Below, one piece after another: positions 1 through 9,388 of a stretch of DNA of 64,000 nt (the stretch's first letter is position 1; each line of letters begins with the position of its first letter). This stretch comes from Minisyncoccota bacterium (GTDB lineage Bacteria > Patescibacteriota > Minisyncoccia > Phycocordibacterales > Phycocordibacteraceae), in NCBI GenBank assembly GCA_035547315.1, contig DASZVH010000004.1, positions 76,108 to 140,107 on the forward strand. Reading direction: 5' to 3'. The notes beneath the pieces are model-generated. The model did no database searches, was not told the origin of the DNA, and saw only the letters and a program-made list of their open reading frames with translations. Position numbers and translations under genes: made by a program.

Positions 1-1606
1 CGCGCAGCATCTTGGCCCCGATATCGGCGAAGCTGCCGCCGACCTTCTTGCCGGGGTTGAAGATGCCCCCCGGGTCGAATGTCTTCTTGGTCTCTTCAAA
101 GAGCCGCATCATCTCCGGGCCGAAGAGCATCGGGAGATAGGGGGTGCGGATGATGCCGTCGTTGTGCTCGCCGGTGGTGGTGCCGCCATACTTGATCACG
201 AGCGCGTAGACCTTGGGTGCGAGCTCGAGCACCACCTGCTTGGTCGCGGGGCTCGCGAGGTCCATGAGCGGGATGATATGGAAATTGCCGTTGCCGATAT
301 GCCCGGCGATCGTGTAGATCATCTTGCCTTCATACTGCGCGAGCAGGGCGTTAAGCTCGGGCAGGAACTGCGGGTACGAGGCCGGCGGCACGACGAAGTC
401 GTCGATGAAGGGCGCGGCGTAGAGGCCGTGCAGGTTCTTGCGCAGGAGCGAGAAGGACTCGCGCCGGACCACCCAATACTTCTCGCTCTCTTTCTCATTC
501 TTCTCTATCTTGAGGCGGATCGGCAGCCCCGCAAGCGCCTCCATTGCGCTTTGCGCCTTCTGGTCCGCCTCCGCGATCGTCTCCTCGGCGAACTCGGCCA
601 TGAGGATGAGCTTGGGGACGCCGCCCTCGGCGACCATGAGCGCCTCGGGGATAAAGTCGACCCCGAGGCGCGCCGCCTTCGCGAGGCCCATCTGCGCGAG
701 CATCTGGGGGAGGAACTTGATCGCGAGGGTGAAGGTCTTGTCGTCGTAGCTCTCGAAGGACTCGGGCGCGAAGGGCAGCACCTTGGCGACGATCTCGGGC
801 AGGGCCGAGAGGTCCTCGAGGAAGCCGACCAGCATCGCGCGGTGGGGCTTGGGGCGCACGAGGCCGAGTTTGGCCTTTGTCCAGAGCGCGAGCGTTCCTT
901 GCGAGCCGCAGATGAGCTTGGCGAGATTCATCCCGCCCTCGGGAGTGCGGATATCCCAGAGGTAGTAGCCGGCGGAGTTCTTGGAGACCTTGGGCTTGCG
1001 CGCCTCGATCAGCGCGGCATTCTCGGCAAGCAGCGCGTCCATCGCGCGATAAATCTGCCCCTCGAAATCGTTTTTGACCTTCTTCATCTGGAGTTCGGAG
1101 GGCGAGAGCGCCTTGAAGGCGGCGATGCTGCCGTCGGCGAGCACGCACTCGAGCTCTTCGACGTACCGCTCCGTCTTGCCGTATTCGAGCGTGCGCTCGC
1201 CGCCGGAGTTGTTGGCGACGATGCCGCCCATCGCGCAGAGCTCGCGGCTCGCCGGATACGAGGGCAGGATCAATCCTCGTGCGAGCGTCGCCTTCTCGAA
1301 GTCGCGGTAGTAGACGCCGGGTTCGGTAACGGCGTAGTCGGCACCGACTTCGAGCACGCGATTCATATATTTGGTGAACTCCACGATCGTGCCCGTGTTA
1401 AGCGGCCCGCCAGACATGTCGGTGCCGGCGGCGCGCGCGGTGATAGAAACTTTCGCACCTCGCTGTCGCTCGGCACCTACGGACTTAACGAGCTCTGCGA
1501 GCTCGTTAACGTCCTTGGGCCAGGCGACCTCGCTCGGCATCACCTCGAAGAGGGAGGTGTCGCGGCTCGCCTTGGCGAGCTCGGCCTTGTCCGTAGAGAT
1601 CTCCAT
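1..1606 (-). CDS. FAD-binding oxidoreductase (FAD-linked oxidase, GlcD / D-lactate dehydrogenase family); 3' end lies beyond the window
   Basis: Minus-strand reading frame from ATG (cat at 1604-1606) translating MEISTDKAELAKASRDTSLFEV... and continuing to window edge; contains ...AGHIGNGNFHIIP... motif typical of FAD-oxidase C-terminal domain; track ORF 164..1663 (+) is its antisense shadow. Confidence 0.75.
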   Translation of the reverse strand, partial: MEISTDKAELAKASRDTSLFEVMPSEVAWPKDVNELAELVKSVGAERQRGAKVSITARAAGTDMSGGPLNTGTIVEFTKYMNRVLEVGADYAVTEPGVYYRDFEKATLARGLILPSYPASRELCAMGGIVANNSGGERTLEYGKTERYVEELECVLADGSIAAFKALSPSELQMKKVKNDFEGQIYRAMDALLAENAALIEARKPKVSKNSAGYYLWDIRTPEGGMNLAKLICGSQGTLALWTKAKLGLVRPKPHRAMLVGFLEDLSALPEIVAKVLPFAPESFESYDDKTFTLAIKFLPQMLAQMGLAKAARLGVDFIPEALMVAEGGVPKLILMAEFAEETIAEADQKAQSAMEALAGLPIRLKIEKNEKESEKYWVVRRESFSLLRKNLHGLYAAPFIDDFVVPPASYPQFLPELNALLAQYEGKMIYTIAGHIGNGNFHIIPLMDLASPATKQVVLELAPKVYALVIKYGGTTTGEHNDGIIRTPYLPMLFGPEMMRLFEETKKTFDPGGIFNPGKKVGGSFADIGAKMLR

Positions 1607-1664
1607 GCCTCCAGTATACCGCCCGCTTTTTATGCACATGCAATTTTCATCGCCCAGCGGTAGT

Positions 1665-2366
1665 ATGAGGGGTATGAGAAGCGGCGCTTGGGCGGTCCTT
1701 ATCGTGCTTATCATCCTCGTGGCGCTGGTCGCCTGGTTCTTCTGGGGCCGCGGTGCAGCGGGCCCCACGGCCTCCTCGACGCCTCCGGCCGCGACCTCGA
1801 GCGAGCAGACCACCACAACCCCGCAGGGGCTCAGCTTCACCCTCCCGGCGGCCTTCGCGCTCGCGACGGGGCAGGAGCCCATCATGGTCCAGAGCTACAT
1901 CCCGCCCTGCGACCAGGGTTATGACTATTGCCTTTACAAGAACGACGACGAGTTCGCGGGCACCAACTTCGAGAGCGCGGGCGTAAGCATCACTGATCGC
2001 GGCGACCTTGGCACCGAGCGCCTCTGCCTCGACACGCCGCCCGCCGGCTACGCGAGCACGATTACCCCGGACAACACCGTCTCGGGCGACACCTACTCCG
2101 CGAGCGTCTTCGCCGGCCTCGGCAACGCCGCCGCCGGCCACAGCGCGGTAGACAGCTACTACCGCCTCTACGACCGCAGCAACAGCACCTGCACCGAGCT
2201 TGACGCGCGGGTCGCAGAGAGCGCCTACGGCAACTACCCGGCCGGCACGATCGAGGAGTTCACCGCCGCCGACCAGGCGCAGGTCGAGAGCGAGCTCCAG
2301 TCCATCCTCAACGGCATGACCCTCGCCCCTTCCGGCACCCACATCAACTGGCCCAGCACCTCTTAA
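1665..2366 (+). CDS. hypothetical membrane-anchored secreted protein (N-terminal TM helix, Thr/Ser-rich linker, Cys-containing domain)
   Basis: In-frame part of track ORF 1371..2366; plausible start at ATG 1665/1674 (MRGMRSGAWAVLIVLIILVALVAWFFW); upstream part of track ORF overlaps antisense of oxidoreductase. Confidence 0.5.
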   Translation: MRGMRSGAWAVLIVLIILVALVAWFFWGRGAAGPTASSTPPAATSSEQTTTTPQGLSFTLPAAFALATGQEPIMVQSYIPPCDQGYDYCLYKNDDEFAGTNFESAGVSITDRGDLGTERLCLDTPPAGYASTITPDNTVSGDTYSASVFAGLGNAAAGHSAVDSYYRLYDRSNSTCTELDARVAESAYGNYPAGTIEEFTAADQAQVESELQSILNGMTLAPSGTHINWPSTS

Positions 2367-2418
2367 ATCAAGGCTTCTCAGGAAAGAAAAAATTTCTCAA
2401 TACTTTTCGTTAGAACAT

Positions 2419-2874
2419 ATGCAGTATTGGTTGATGAAGAGTGAGCCGGGGGAGTTTTCGATAAACGATTTGGAGAAAATTGGGGAGGAACCGTGGTCGG
2501 GAGTGCGGAGCTACCAGGCGCGCAAATATATGAGGGAGGAGATGCAGATTGGCGATAGGGTGCTCTTCTACCACTCCTCCTGCGAAGTGCCGGGGGTCTA
2601 TGGGCTCGCGAGGGTGAGCCACCTGGCCGAGCCGGACCAGGCGCAGTTTGATACGAAGAGCAAATACTTTGAGCCGCGCGCGAAGCGCGCGGCGCCGATC
2701 TGGTATGGCGTGCGGGTGCGCTTTGTCAAAAAGCTCAAGCGGCCGGTGACGCTCGCGGCGATGCGGGCGGATACGCGGCTCAAGGGTTTATTCATCTTTA
2801 AGAACGGCCGCCTCTCGGTGGGGCCGGTGGGCGAGCGGGAGTATCGGCGCATCGTGAAGATGGCGGGGGAGTAA
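2419..2874 (+). CDS. EVE domain (PUA-like) protein
   Basis: MQYWLMKSEPGEFSINDL...WSGVRSYQARKYMREEM..GDRVLFYHS signature of EVE/thymocyte nuclear protein family. Confidence 0.85.
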   Translation: MQYWLMKSEPGEFSINDLEKIGEEPWSGVRSYQARKYMREEMQIGDRVLFYHSSCEVPGVYGLARVSHLAEPDQAQFDTKSKYFEPRAKRAAPIWYGVRVRFVKKLKRPVTLAAMRADTRLKGLFIFKNGRLSVGPVGEREYRRIVKMAGE

Positions 2875-2907
2875 CCAACCGCGGCCCCGGAGGGGCCGCG
2901 GTTGGTT
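2873..2907. terminator. perfect inverted repeat (16-bp arms, 3-nt loop) between convergent genes; putative bidirectional terminator
   Basis: aaccaaccgcggcccc-gga-ggggccgcggttggtt read directly; no strong U-tract. Confidence 0.45.
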
Positions 2908-2923
2908 TGCCTCCGCTCTAGGC

Positions 2924-3787
2924 TTATTGCACTACGACCGTCGTGGTCGCGAGCGGGAGGGTGGCGATGTCGCAGTGCGGATCGCTCCACATGCAGCCGA
3001 TGTAGCCCTCCACCTGCGCGGTGTAGGTGCCGGGGCTCTGGTAGGTGTGCGCGGTGGTAAAGGAGCAGTTGGGCGCAAGCGTGAGCGCGCTCCCGGCCGA
3101 GGCCGAGGAGGCGACCGGCGTCGCCTGGCTGCACGCGGCGCTCATGGAGCCGGAGTTGGCGCCGTCGCCGTAGTCTATGACGAAGGGCCCGCTGCTCGAG
3201 AGGGCGAAGGCGGAGAAGGAGACCGCGAGCGGCGCCGCGCCCGAGGCGGGCGCTGCCGAGAGGCTCGCCTGGCGCGGCGGGTTCGCGGGCGGGGGCGAGG
3301 AGACGCCGCAGCCGAGCTTGGCGCGGGTCATCGGGCCGAAGAAGCCGGTCGAGGGCAGGCCGTTGGCGGCCTGGAGATTTTTCACCGCGGCGGCGGTCAG
3401 GGGGCCGAAGTAGCCGGTCGCCCCGGCGGAGAAGCCGGTCGAGCTCGCAAGATACTGCTGGAGCGCGACGACATTGGCGCCCGTGGCGCCTTGCGAGAGG
3501 TTAAGCGCGACCGGGCAGAGGAAGCGGCCGGCGCCCGCGGCGACGGAACCCGAGAGGCTCCCGCCGCCGGCGGGCGGGCTCGCGATGGCGGTGCCGTTGA
3601 GGCTCGCCTCCACCTGCGCGATCGTGCTCGCGCCCACCCCGAAGGAGGAGATGAGCGAGACGACCGCGTTTACCTGAGCGCTCGAGAGGCTCGCGGCCTC
3701 GGCGGGGACGGCCGCGAAAGAGAGCGCGAAGAGGGCGAACGCGAACGGGGCGAGGAATTTGGCGAAGTATGCGGCGAGACGGTTCAT
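2924..3787 (-). CDS. secreted peptidoglycan-binding domain (PG_binding_1) protein with C-terminal PKD-like domain
   Basis: Signal peptide MNRLAAYFAKFLAPFAFALFALSFAAVPAEA (start cat 3785-3787); LSQGATGANVVALQQYLA...YFGPLTAAAVKNLQAANGL PG-binding repeat; C-terminal PLAVSFSA...VIDYGDG...AHTYQSPGTYTAQV PKD-like. Confidence 0.6.
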   Translation of the reverse strand: MNRLAAYFAKFLAPFAFALFALSFAAVPAEAASLSSAQVNAVVSLISSFGVGASTIAQVEASLNGTAIASPPAGGGSLSGSVAAGAGRFLCPVALNLSQGATGANVVALQQYLASSTGFSAGATGYFGPLTAAAVKNLQAANGLPSTGFFGPMTRAKLGCGVSSPPPANPPRQASLSAAPASGAAPLAVSFSAFALSSSGPFVIDYGDGANSGSMSAACSQATPVASSASAGSALTLAPNCSFTTAHTYQSPGTYTAQVEGYIGCMWSDPHCDIATLPLATTTVVVQ

Positions 3788-3885
3788 AGGGTGAGGTACG
3801 CTACAGGCGGATAAGGCTGCTCTCTTTAGAACGGCTCCCGGGCGGATTTCTTTCATCTGCCGATTCATCAACTCTTCACCCGGCT

Positions 3886-4521
3886 GTGAGGCATAGTAGA
3901 GCCATGCGCCGGCCGGCAGCGGCAGCGATCTTGCTCGGAGCGGCAGCCACCCTTGCCGCGGGGGCGGCGCATCTCTTCCTCTACGCGCCCGAGGCGGCGA
4001 TCGCGCCGCCCGCCGCGCTCGCGGAGGCGGCGGCGCGGGTGAGCACCAGCACGCTCCCGGCGCGTCTCGCGATCCCCGCGATCGGGGTGGACGCGCCGAT
4101 CGACCCGCTCGGCATCGTCGCCGGCGACCGCATGCAGGCGCCCGCCAATTTCACCGATGTGGGCTGGTATAAATACGGCGTCGTGCCCGGGAGCCCGGGC
4201 ATCGCCGTCCTCTACGCGCATCTCGACAACGGGCTCGGGCTCAGCGGCGTCTTCAAGGATCTCGACCGGCTCAAGGCGGGCGACGAGCTGACGCTCACCC
4301 GCAAGGACGGCGCGACGCTCCGCTTCAAGGTAAGCGATGTCGAGACGTACCCCTACGACGCCGTGCCGCCCGCGGCTATAGGCGAATCCTCGCCCGGGCC
4401 GGGGCCCGCAGACCCCGCGCGGGTCGTGCTCATAACCTGCGCGGGGGAGCCGACGCACGACCCCTCGATGGGCTTTACCTACGACCACCGGCTCCTCGTG
4501 ACCGCGACGCTCGAGCCGTAG
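3886..4521 (+). CDS. class F-like sortase (transpeptidase)
   Basis: N-terminal TM, LAIPAIGVDAPI..., His in VLYAHLD, catalytic VLITCAG (TLxTC-like) motif; alternative start ATG 3904. Confidence 0.6.
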   Translation: MRHSRAMRRPAAAAILLGAAATLAAGAAHLFLYAPEAAIAPPAALAEAAARVSTSTLPARLAIPAIGVDAPIDPLGIVAGDRMQAPANFTDVGWYKYGVVPGSPGIAVLYAHLDNGLGLSGVFKDLDRLKAGDELTLTRKDGATLRFKVSDVETYPYDAVPPAAIGESSPGPGPADPARVVLITCAGEPTHDPSMGFTYDHRLLVTATLEP

Positions 4522-4589
4522 TGCTTTACAAAACAAATGAGTAGTGTATTATAGAGCAAGTACGGCCTTTCAAGAGGGAGAGCAGAGTA

Positions 4590-5291
4590 ATGAGCAAACA
4601 TATTGTCGCGGCCGCGCTGGCCGCTCTGACGCTCGCCGGCTGCGCAAGCGCCGGGGGCCAGAACGACCCCTTCGAGGGGGTGAATCGAAAAGTGTTCGCC
4701 TTCAACGAACGCTTCGACGACCGCGTCGCCATCCCGGCGACGCACGCCTACCACAAGATCACGACGCCCGGCATCCGCGCGGCGCTGCACGATATCGTGC
4801 AGAACTTGCGCGAGCCGATCAACTTCTTCAATGACCTCGGCCAGGGGGACTTCTCCCAGGCGGGCGTCACGCTCGGCCGGATGGCGCTCAACAGCACCGC
4901 CGGACTCGGCGGCATCGGCGACCCGGCCGCCAAGGCGGGCCTGCCGTATCGCGAAGAGGACTTCGGCCAGACGCTCGCCGTCTGGGGCGCGCCGGAAGGG
5001 TCCTACCTGGTCCTGCCGCTCCTCGGGCCCTCGAGCCCGCGCGCGCTGGCGGGCAGAGCGGCGGACGCGGCGATGAACCCGTTCTCCTACGCGAGCTTCC
5101 CCGGCTCGCACGCCCTCCATTGGGTGCGCTACGGGGGCGGGACGCTCGATCAGGCGCAACGGCTCTCGGGCCTGCGCGGGATCGAGCGCGAATCGCTCGA
5201 CGCCTACGCGACCGAGCGCAGTCTCTATCGCCAGAATCTGGCGCACGAGATCGCGAACGGCCATGAGCAGCCTCCCGACATCCCGCAGTAG
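4590..5291 (+). CDS. mlaA: MlaA/VacJ family outer-membrane lipoprotein
   Basis: Lipobox LTLAGCAS; DPFEGVNRKVFAFNERFDDRVAIP...IVQNLREPINFFNDLGQGD...GGIGDPAAKAGLPYREEDFGQTLAVWG closely follows MlaA consensus. Confidence 0.8.
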   Translation: MSKHIVAAALAALTLAGCASAGGQNDPFEGVNRKVFAFNERFDDRVAIPATHAYHKITTPGIRAALHDIVQNLREPINFFNDLGQGDFSQAGVTLGRMALNSTAGLGGIGDPAAKAGLPYREEDFGQTLAVWGAPEGSYLVLPLLGPSSPRALAGRAADAAMNPFSYASFPGSHALHWVRYGGGTLDQAQRLSGLRGIERESLDAYATERSLYRQNLAHEIANGHEQPPDIPQ

Positions 5292-5347
5292 CGGGAGTAT
5301 GCGGGCCGGACCTTCGTGTCCGGCCCGCTTTTCTATATAATCGTAGG

Positions 5348-7081
5348 ATGACGCAGCGCGAGGCGCTCGAGATACTCAAGACGGGCGCGAACGTCTTCCT
5401 CACCGGCGAGCCGGGGAGCGGCAAGAGCTACGTGGTGGGGAGCTATGTCGAGTGGCTGCGCGCGCGCGGGCTCGAGCCGGCGGTCACCGCCGCGACCGGG
5501 ATCGCGGCCGCGCAGATCAGCGGGATGACGGTCCACTCTTGGAGCGGGATCGGCGTGCGCGAGCGGCTCTCGGCCGCCGAGGTCGACCAGATCGCAAGTA
5601 AGGAGCACGTCGCGCGCCGCGTGGCGCGCACCTCCACGCTCGTGGTCGACGAGGTCTCGATGCTTTCCGCCGCGCTCCTCGAGGCTCTCGACGCCGTCTG
5701 CAAGGAGATCCGTCGCTCGGAGCGGCCGTTCGGCGGTCTGCAGCTCGTGCTCGTGGGCGACTTCTTCCAGCTCCCGCCCGTGCTCCGCCGGAGCTCCGGC
5801 GGAGGCGAGCGGCAATCGCTCTTCTGCTACGACTCCGCCGCCTGGCGCGAGCTCAACCCGCTGATCTGCTATCTCGGCGAGCAGCACCGCCAGGAGGACA
5901 GGGAGTATCTCGAGGTCTTGAGCGCGATACGCCGCGGCGAGGTCGAGGAGCTGCACTACGAGCGGATCAACGCGCGCCGGATCGAGCCCGGGCAGGCACC
6001 GCGCCTGGGCGAGGCGCCGCGCCTCTACTCGCACAACGCGGACGTCGACCGGGAGAACGCCGCCGAGCTCGCCAAGCTCCCGGGGGCGCCGCGCGCCTTC
6101 CTCATGAGCGCGCGCGGCGCCCCCGCGCTCGTCGAGGGGTTGAAGCGCGGCTGTCTCTCGCCCGAGCGGCTCGAGCTCAAAGAGGGCGCGGCGGTCATGT
6201 TCACCAAGAACTCGCCGACCGGCCGCTACGTCAACGGCACGCTCGGCCGCGTGATCGGGTTTGACGCCGCCGGATTGCCGATAGTCGAGATGCGCAGCCC
6301 CTCGCCGGGCTCGGTGCGGCCGGCTCCGTATATCGCGGAGCCGGTCGAGTGGCAGGTGGAGGAGAACGGCAACGTGCGCGCCGCGATCAGTCAGCTGCCG
6401 CTGCGGCTCGCCTACGCGATGACGGTGCACAAGAGCCAGGGGCAGTCCCTGGACGCCGCGCTCGTCGACCTCTCGCGCGCCTTCGAATACGGCCAGGGCT
6501 ATGTCGCGCTCTCGCGCGTGCGCACACTCGCGGGGCTCCACCTCGCGGGCATCAACGAGCGCGCGCTCCTGGTCCACCCGGAGGTGCTCGAGCGCGACCG
6601 CGATTTCCGCGCGGCCTCAAGCGCCGCGGCCGAGACCTTCGAGGCGATGGGCGCGCCGGAGCGCGAGACGCTGCAAAAGAACTTCGTCAAAGCCTCGGGA
6701 GGCGAGTGGAACGCGCGCGCCGCGCCCGCGCCCGCGCGGCGCGGCGGCGCGGCGGCGCGGCGGCAGGCGATGGAGGCCAAGCTCGCGCAGACGCTCGAGC
6801 GCGTGCGTGCGGCGCCCTCGCTCGCGGAGGCCGCGCGCACGCGCGGGCTCGCCGAGAGCACTATCCTGACGCATCTGGAAAAGCTCGCCGCCGCCGGCGC
6901 GCTCTCGCGGGAGGATTTCTCCCATCTCCTGCCCGCCGCGGGCGACCTCGCCAAGATCAGGCTCGCGCTCAAGGCCAAAGGCGGCGAGAAGCTCGCGCCC
7001 GCCTTCTACGCGCTCAAGGGCCGCTACCCCTACGAGGTTATCCGTCTGGCTCGCTTGGGGTATGATGGGGCGGATGCCTAA
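5348..7081 (+). CDS. PIF1/RecD-like ATP-dependent DNA helicase (P-loop GEPGSGKS, DEVSM box) with C-terminal extension
   Basis: FLTGEPGSGKSYV...LVVDEVSMLS...LVLVGDFFQLPPV...MTVHKSQGQSLD...YVALSRVR motifs. Confidence 0.7.
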   Translation: MTQREALEILKTGANVFLTGEPGSGKSYVVGSYVEWLRARGLEPAVTAATGIAAAQISGMTVHSWSGIGVRERLSAAEVDQIASKEHVARRVARTSTLVVDEVSMLSAALLEALDAVCKEIRRSERPFGGLQLVLVGDFFQLPPVLRRSSGGGERQSLFCYDSAAWRELNPLICYLGEQHRQEDREYLEVLSAIRRGEVEELHYERINARRIEPGQAPRLGEAPRLYSHNADVDRENAAELAKLPGAPRAFLMSARGAPALVEGLKRGCLSPERLELKEGAAVMFTKNSPTGRYVNGTLGRVIGFDAAGLPIVEMRSPSPGSVRPAPYIAEPVEWQVEENGNVRAAISQLPLRLAYAMTVHKSQGQSLDAALVDLSRAFEYGQGYVALSRVRTLAGLHLAGINERALLVHPEVLERDRDFRAASSAAAETFEAMGAPERETLQKNFVKASGGEWNARAAPAPARRGGAAARRQAMEAKLAQTLERVRAAPSLAEAARTRGLAESTILTHLEKLAAAGALSREDFSHLLPAAGDLAKIRLALKAKGGEKLAPAFYALKGRYPYEVIRLARLGYDGADA

Positions 7082-8228
7082 GGAGCGCAGGGAGGAGGGA
7101 AAGCCGCGCGCGGCCGCCGCGCGCGGCGCGCATATCTCGCTCGGCCTCGGCGGGCTCGTCCTGATCGGCGCGGGCGCTTACCTCGCGCTCTGGAGCAACC
7201 TCTTTTCGATCGAGTACACGCGCGCGGACGGCGCGAGCTCGACCCCGCGCTACAAGGCGATCGACCCGGCGCTCTACAACCTCGAGGAGCTCGCGCTCGC
7301 GCACATCGACCCCTCCTTGACCACCCTGCTCCAGCCGCAGAACGCCTCCTCGACCTTGCTGGCCGCGACCACCACCGCCTCGAGCTCGGTGGCGATAGCG
7401 GGGAAGGCCTGGCCCGCGCCCTCGCCCTACCCGGCGCCCGGCGCGCTCCTCCCCGCGCATCGCATCGTGGCCTACTACGGCAACTTCTATTCCACCGCGA
7501 TGGGCGTGCTCGGCGAGTACCCCGCGGACCAGGTGCTCGCGATGCTCGCCTCCACGAGCGCCGAGTGGGAGGCGGCGGATCCGGCCACGCCGGTCATCCC
7601 GGCGATCGACTACATCGCGGTGACCGCGCAGGCCGCCGCCGGCGCCGACGGCAAGTACCGCGCGCGCATGCCGGCGAGCCAGATCGAGCAGGCGATCGCG
7701 ATGGCCAGCCAGCTCCACGGCATCGTGATTCTCGACGTGCAGGTCGGGCTCTCCGACCTGCCGACCGAACTCCCGCTCTTGGCGCCCTATCTCTCGCTCC
7801 CCAACGTCAATCTCGCGATCGATCCCGAGTTCTCGATGCAGACCAGCGGAGCCCGGCCGGGAACCGTCATCGGCACGTATAGCGCCAAGGATATCGACTA
7901 CGCGATCGACTACCTCGACTCCCTGGTGAAGCAAAACGATCTGCCGCCCAAGATCCTGGTGGTGCACCGCTTTACCGAGGACATGGTGACCAATTACCAA
8001 AACATCACGCCGCTCCCGGACGTGCAGGTGGTGATGGACATGGACGGCTGGGGCGACCAAGCCAAGAAGATCAACACCTACGAGCGCGTGATCGCGAGCG
8101 AGCCCGTTGAGTTCACCGGCTTCAAGCTTTTCTACAAGGCGGACTTGAAGCCGCCCTCGACCGGGCTTCTCGCGCCCGCGCAGGTATTGGCGCTCACGCC
8201 CGCGCCGATTTTCATCCAGTATCAATAA
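7062..8228 (+). CDS. hypothetical membrane-anchored protein, possibly TIM-barrel glycoside-hydrolase-like extracytoplasmic domain
   Basis: ORF overlapping helicase stop by 20 nt; TM segment LGGLVLIGAGAYLALW; motifs IVILDVQVG, ILVVHRFTEDMV, VVMDMDGWGD suggestive only. Confidence 0.45.
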   Translation: MMGRMPKERREEGKPRAAAARGAHISLGLGGLVLIGAGAYLALWSNLFSIEYTRADGASSTPRYKAIDPALYNLEELALAHIDPSLTTLLQPQNASSTLLAATTTASSSVAIAGKAWPAPSPYPAPGALLPAHRIVAYYGNFYSTAMGVLGEYPADQVLAMLASTSAEWEAADPATPVIPAIDYIAVTAQAAAGADGKYRARMPASQIEQAIAMASQLHGIVILDVQVGLSDLPTELPLLAPYLSLPNVNLAIDPEFSMQTSGARPGTVIGTYSAKDIDYAIDYLDSLVKQNDLPPKILVVHRFTEDMVTNYQNITPLPDVQVVMDMDGWGDQAKKINTYERVIASEPVEFTGFKLFYKADLKPPSTGLLAPAQVLALTPAPIFIQYQ

Positions 8229-8260
8229 GATGCGCGCTCGCTTCGCGAGCGCGCATCTTG
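8229..8260. terminator. perfect hairpin (aagatgcgcgctcgc-ttcg-cgagcgcgcatctt) between convergent genes
   Basis: 14-bp arms read directly, followed by ...gtttatttat. Confidence 0.5.
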
Positions 8261-8327
8261 CGCACCGTTTATTTATCCCCGGGCGTGCGGCCTGCCTTGA
8301 GGGCGCGCGCCGCGCGCGGCTCGGACG

Positions 8328-8513
8328 CTAGCCGTGCACGAGGCGCTGATGCTCCTGCTGGCTCTCCATCGCCCCCCAGAAGCCCAGCACGAGGATGATG
8401 GCGCCCGTGATGACGAGCGTCCAGGTCAGCGTCGCCGCCGTGAGCGCGAGGAAGGGGATGACGATCACCCAGATGCCGAGGATAGCGTTGATCCAATGCT
8501 GCCAAGTACCCAT
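8328..8513 (-). CDS. small hydrophobic membrane protein (SPW-repeat-like)
   Basis: MGTWQHWINAILGIWVIVIPFLALTAATLTWTLVITGAIILVLGFWGAM two TM helices. Confidence 0.4.
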   Translation of the reverse strand: MGTWQHWINAILGIWVIVIPFLALTAATLTWTLVITGAIILVLGFWGAMESQQEHQRLVHG

Positions 8514-8605
8514 ATGTATGCGCGTTAGGCTGCTAAGTGCGCTATCCTCGCACGCACGCGGTGAATCACGGGTGAATCTCAGCGGCGTGGTACCATAGCC
8601 GGACT

Positions 8606-9388
8606 ATGGCGCTCGCGCTTGAGATACGAAATCTGGAGAAGACCTACGCGAGCGGCACCAAAGCGCTGGCGGGCGTCTCGCTTGAGGTGGGAAAAGGCGA
8701 CTTCTTCGCGCTCCTTGGCCCCAACGGGGCGGGGAAGACCACGCTCATCGGCATTGCCACCGGCCTTGTGGTGCCCACGGCGGGCTCTCTCTCGGTCTTC
8801 GGTATCGATGCCTTCACGCAGCCGGAGCTCGCCCGGAAAAGGATCGGCATCGTGCCGCAGAACTTCAACATGGACATCTTCGGCAAGATCGTGGATACGG
8901 TCGTGAATCAGGCCGGCTACTACGGCATCCCGCGCTCCGTCGCGCTTCCGCGCGCCAAGCAGATCCTTACCGACCTCGGCCTCGGCGACAAGCTCAATGC
9001 GACCGCGCGCGAGCTCTCGGGCGGCATGCAGCGCCGCCTCATGATCGCGCGCGCCTTGATCAACGAGCCGGAGCTCCTCTTCCTTGACGAGCCGACGGCG
9101 GGCGTCGACGTCGAGAGCCGCCGCTCGATGTGGAAGTATGTGCGCGGACTCTCGGAGAAAGGCGTCACCATCCTCCTCACGACGCACTACTTGGAGGAGG
9201 CCGAGCAGCTCGCGAGCCGGATCGCGATCATCAACAAGGGTACGATCGCCGCGCAAGGCACGCTCCAAGAGATCCTCGCTAAAGCGGGAGAGGAGCATCA
9301 CTCCGGCGACGGCTTCCGCGGCGGCAAGCTCGAGGAGGCCTACCTCGCGCTCACCGGCAGCCAGGGTGACCACACCGACGCGCCATGA
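8606..9388 (+). CDS. ABC transporter ATP-binding protein (ABC-2 exporter type)
   Basis: Walker A GPNGAGKTT, signature LSGGMQRRL, Walker B LLFLDEPT. Confidence 0.85.
   Translation: MALALEIRNLEKTYASGTKALAGVSLEVGKGDFFALLGPNGAGKTTLIGIATGLVVPTAGSLSVFGIDAFTQPELARKRIGIVPQNFNMDIFGKIVDTVVNQAGYYGIPRSVALPRAKQILTDLGLGDKLNATARELSGGMQRRLMIARALINEPELLFLDEPTAGVDVESRRSMWKYVRGLSEKGVTILLTTHYLEEAEQLASRIAIINKGTIAAQGTLQEILAKAGEEHHSGDGFRGGKLEEAYLALTGSQGDHTDAP

Noticed and set aside
164-1663. 499-aa + strand ORF
   Set aside because: Antisense shadow of the minus-strand FAD-binding oxidoreductase gene; Arg/Gly/Glu-rich composition typical of high-GC antisense frames.
2880-2910. Palindrome aaccaaccgcggcccc...ggggccgcggttggtt as member of the coding palindromic-element family
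   Set aside because: It is intergenic between convergent genes and has a different core; interpreted as a terminator hairpin instead.
5333-6577. 414-aa - strand ORF
   Set aside because: Antisense of the PIF1-like helicase; no motifs.
8579-9373. 264-aa - strand ORF
   Set aside because: Antisense of the ABC ATPase gene.
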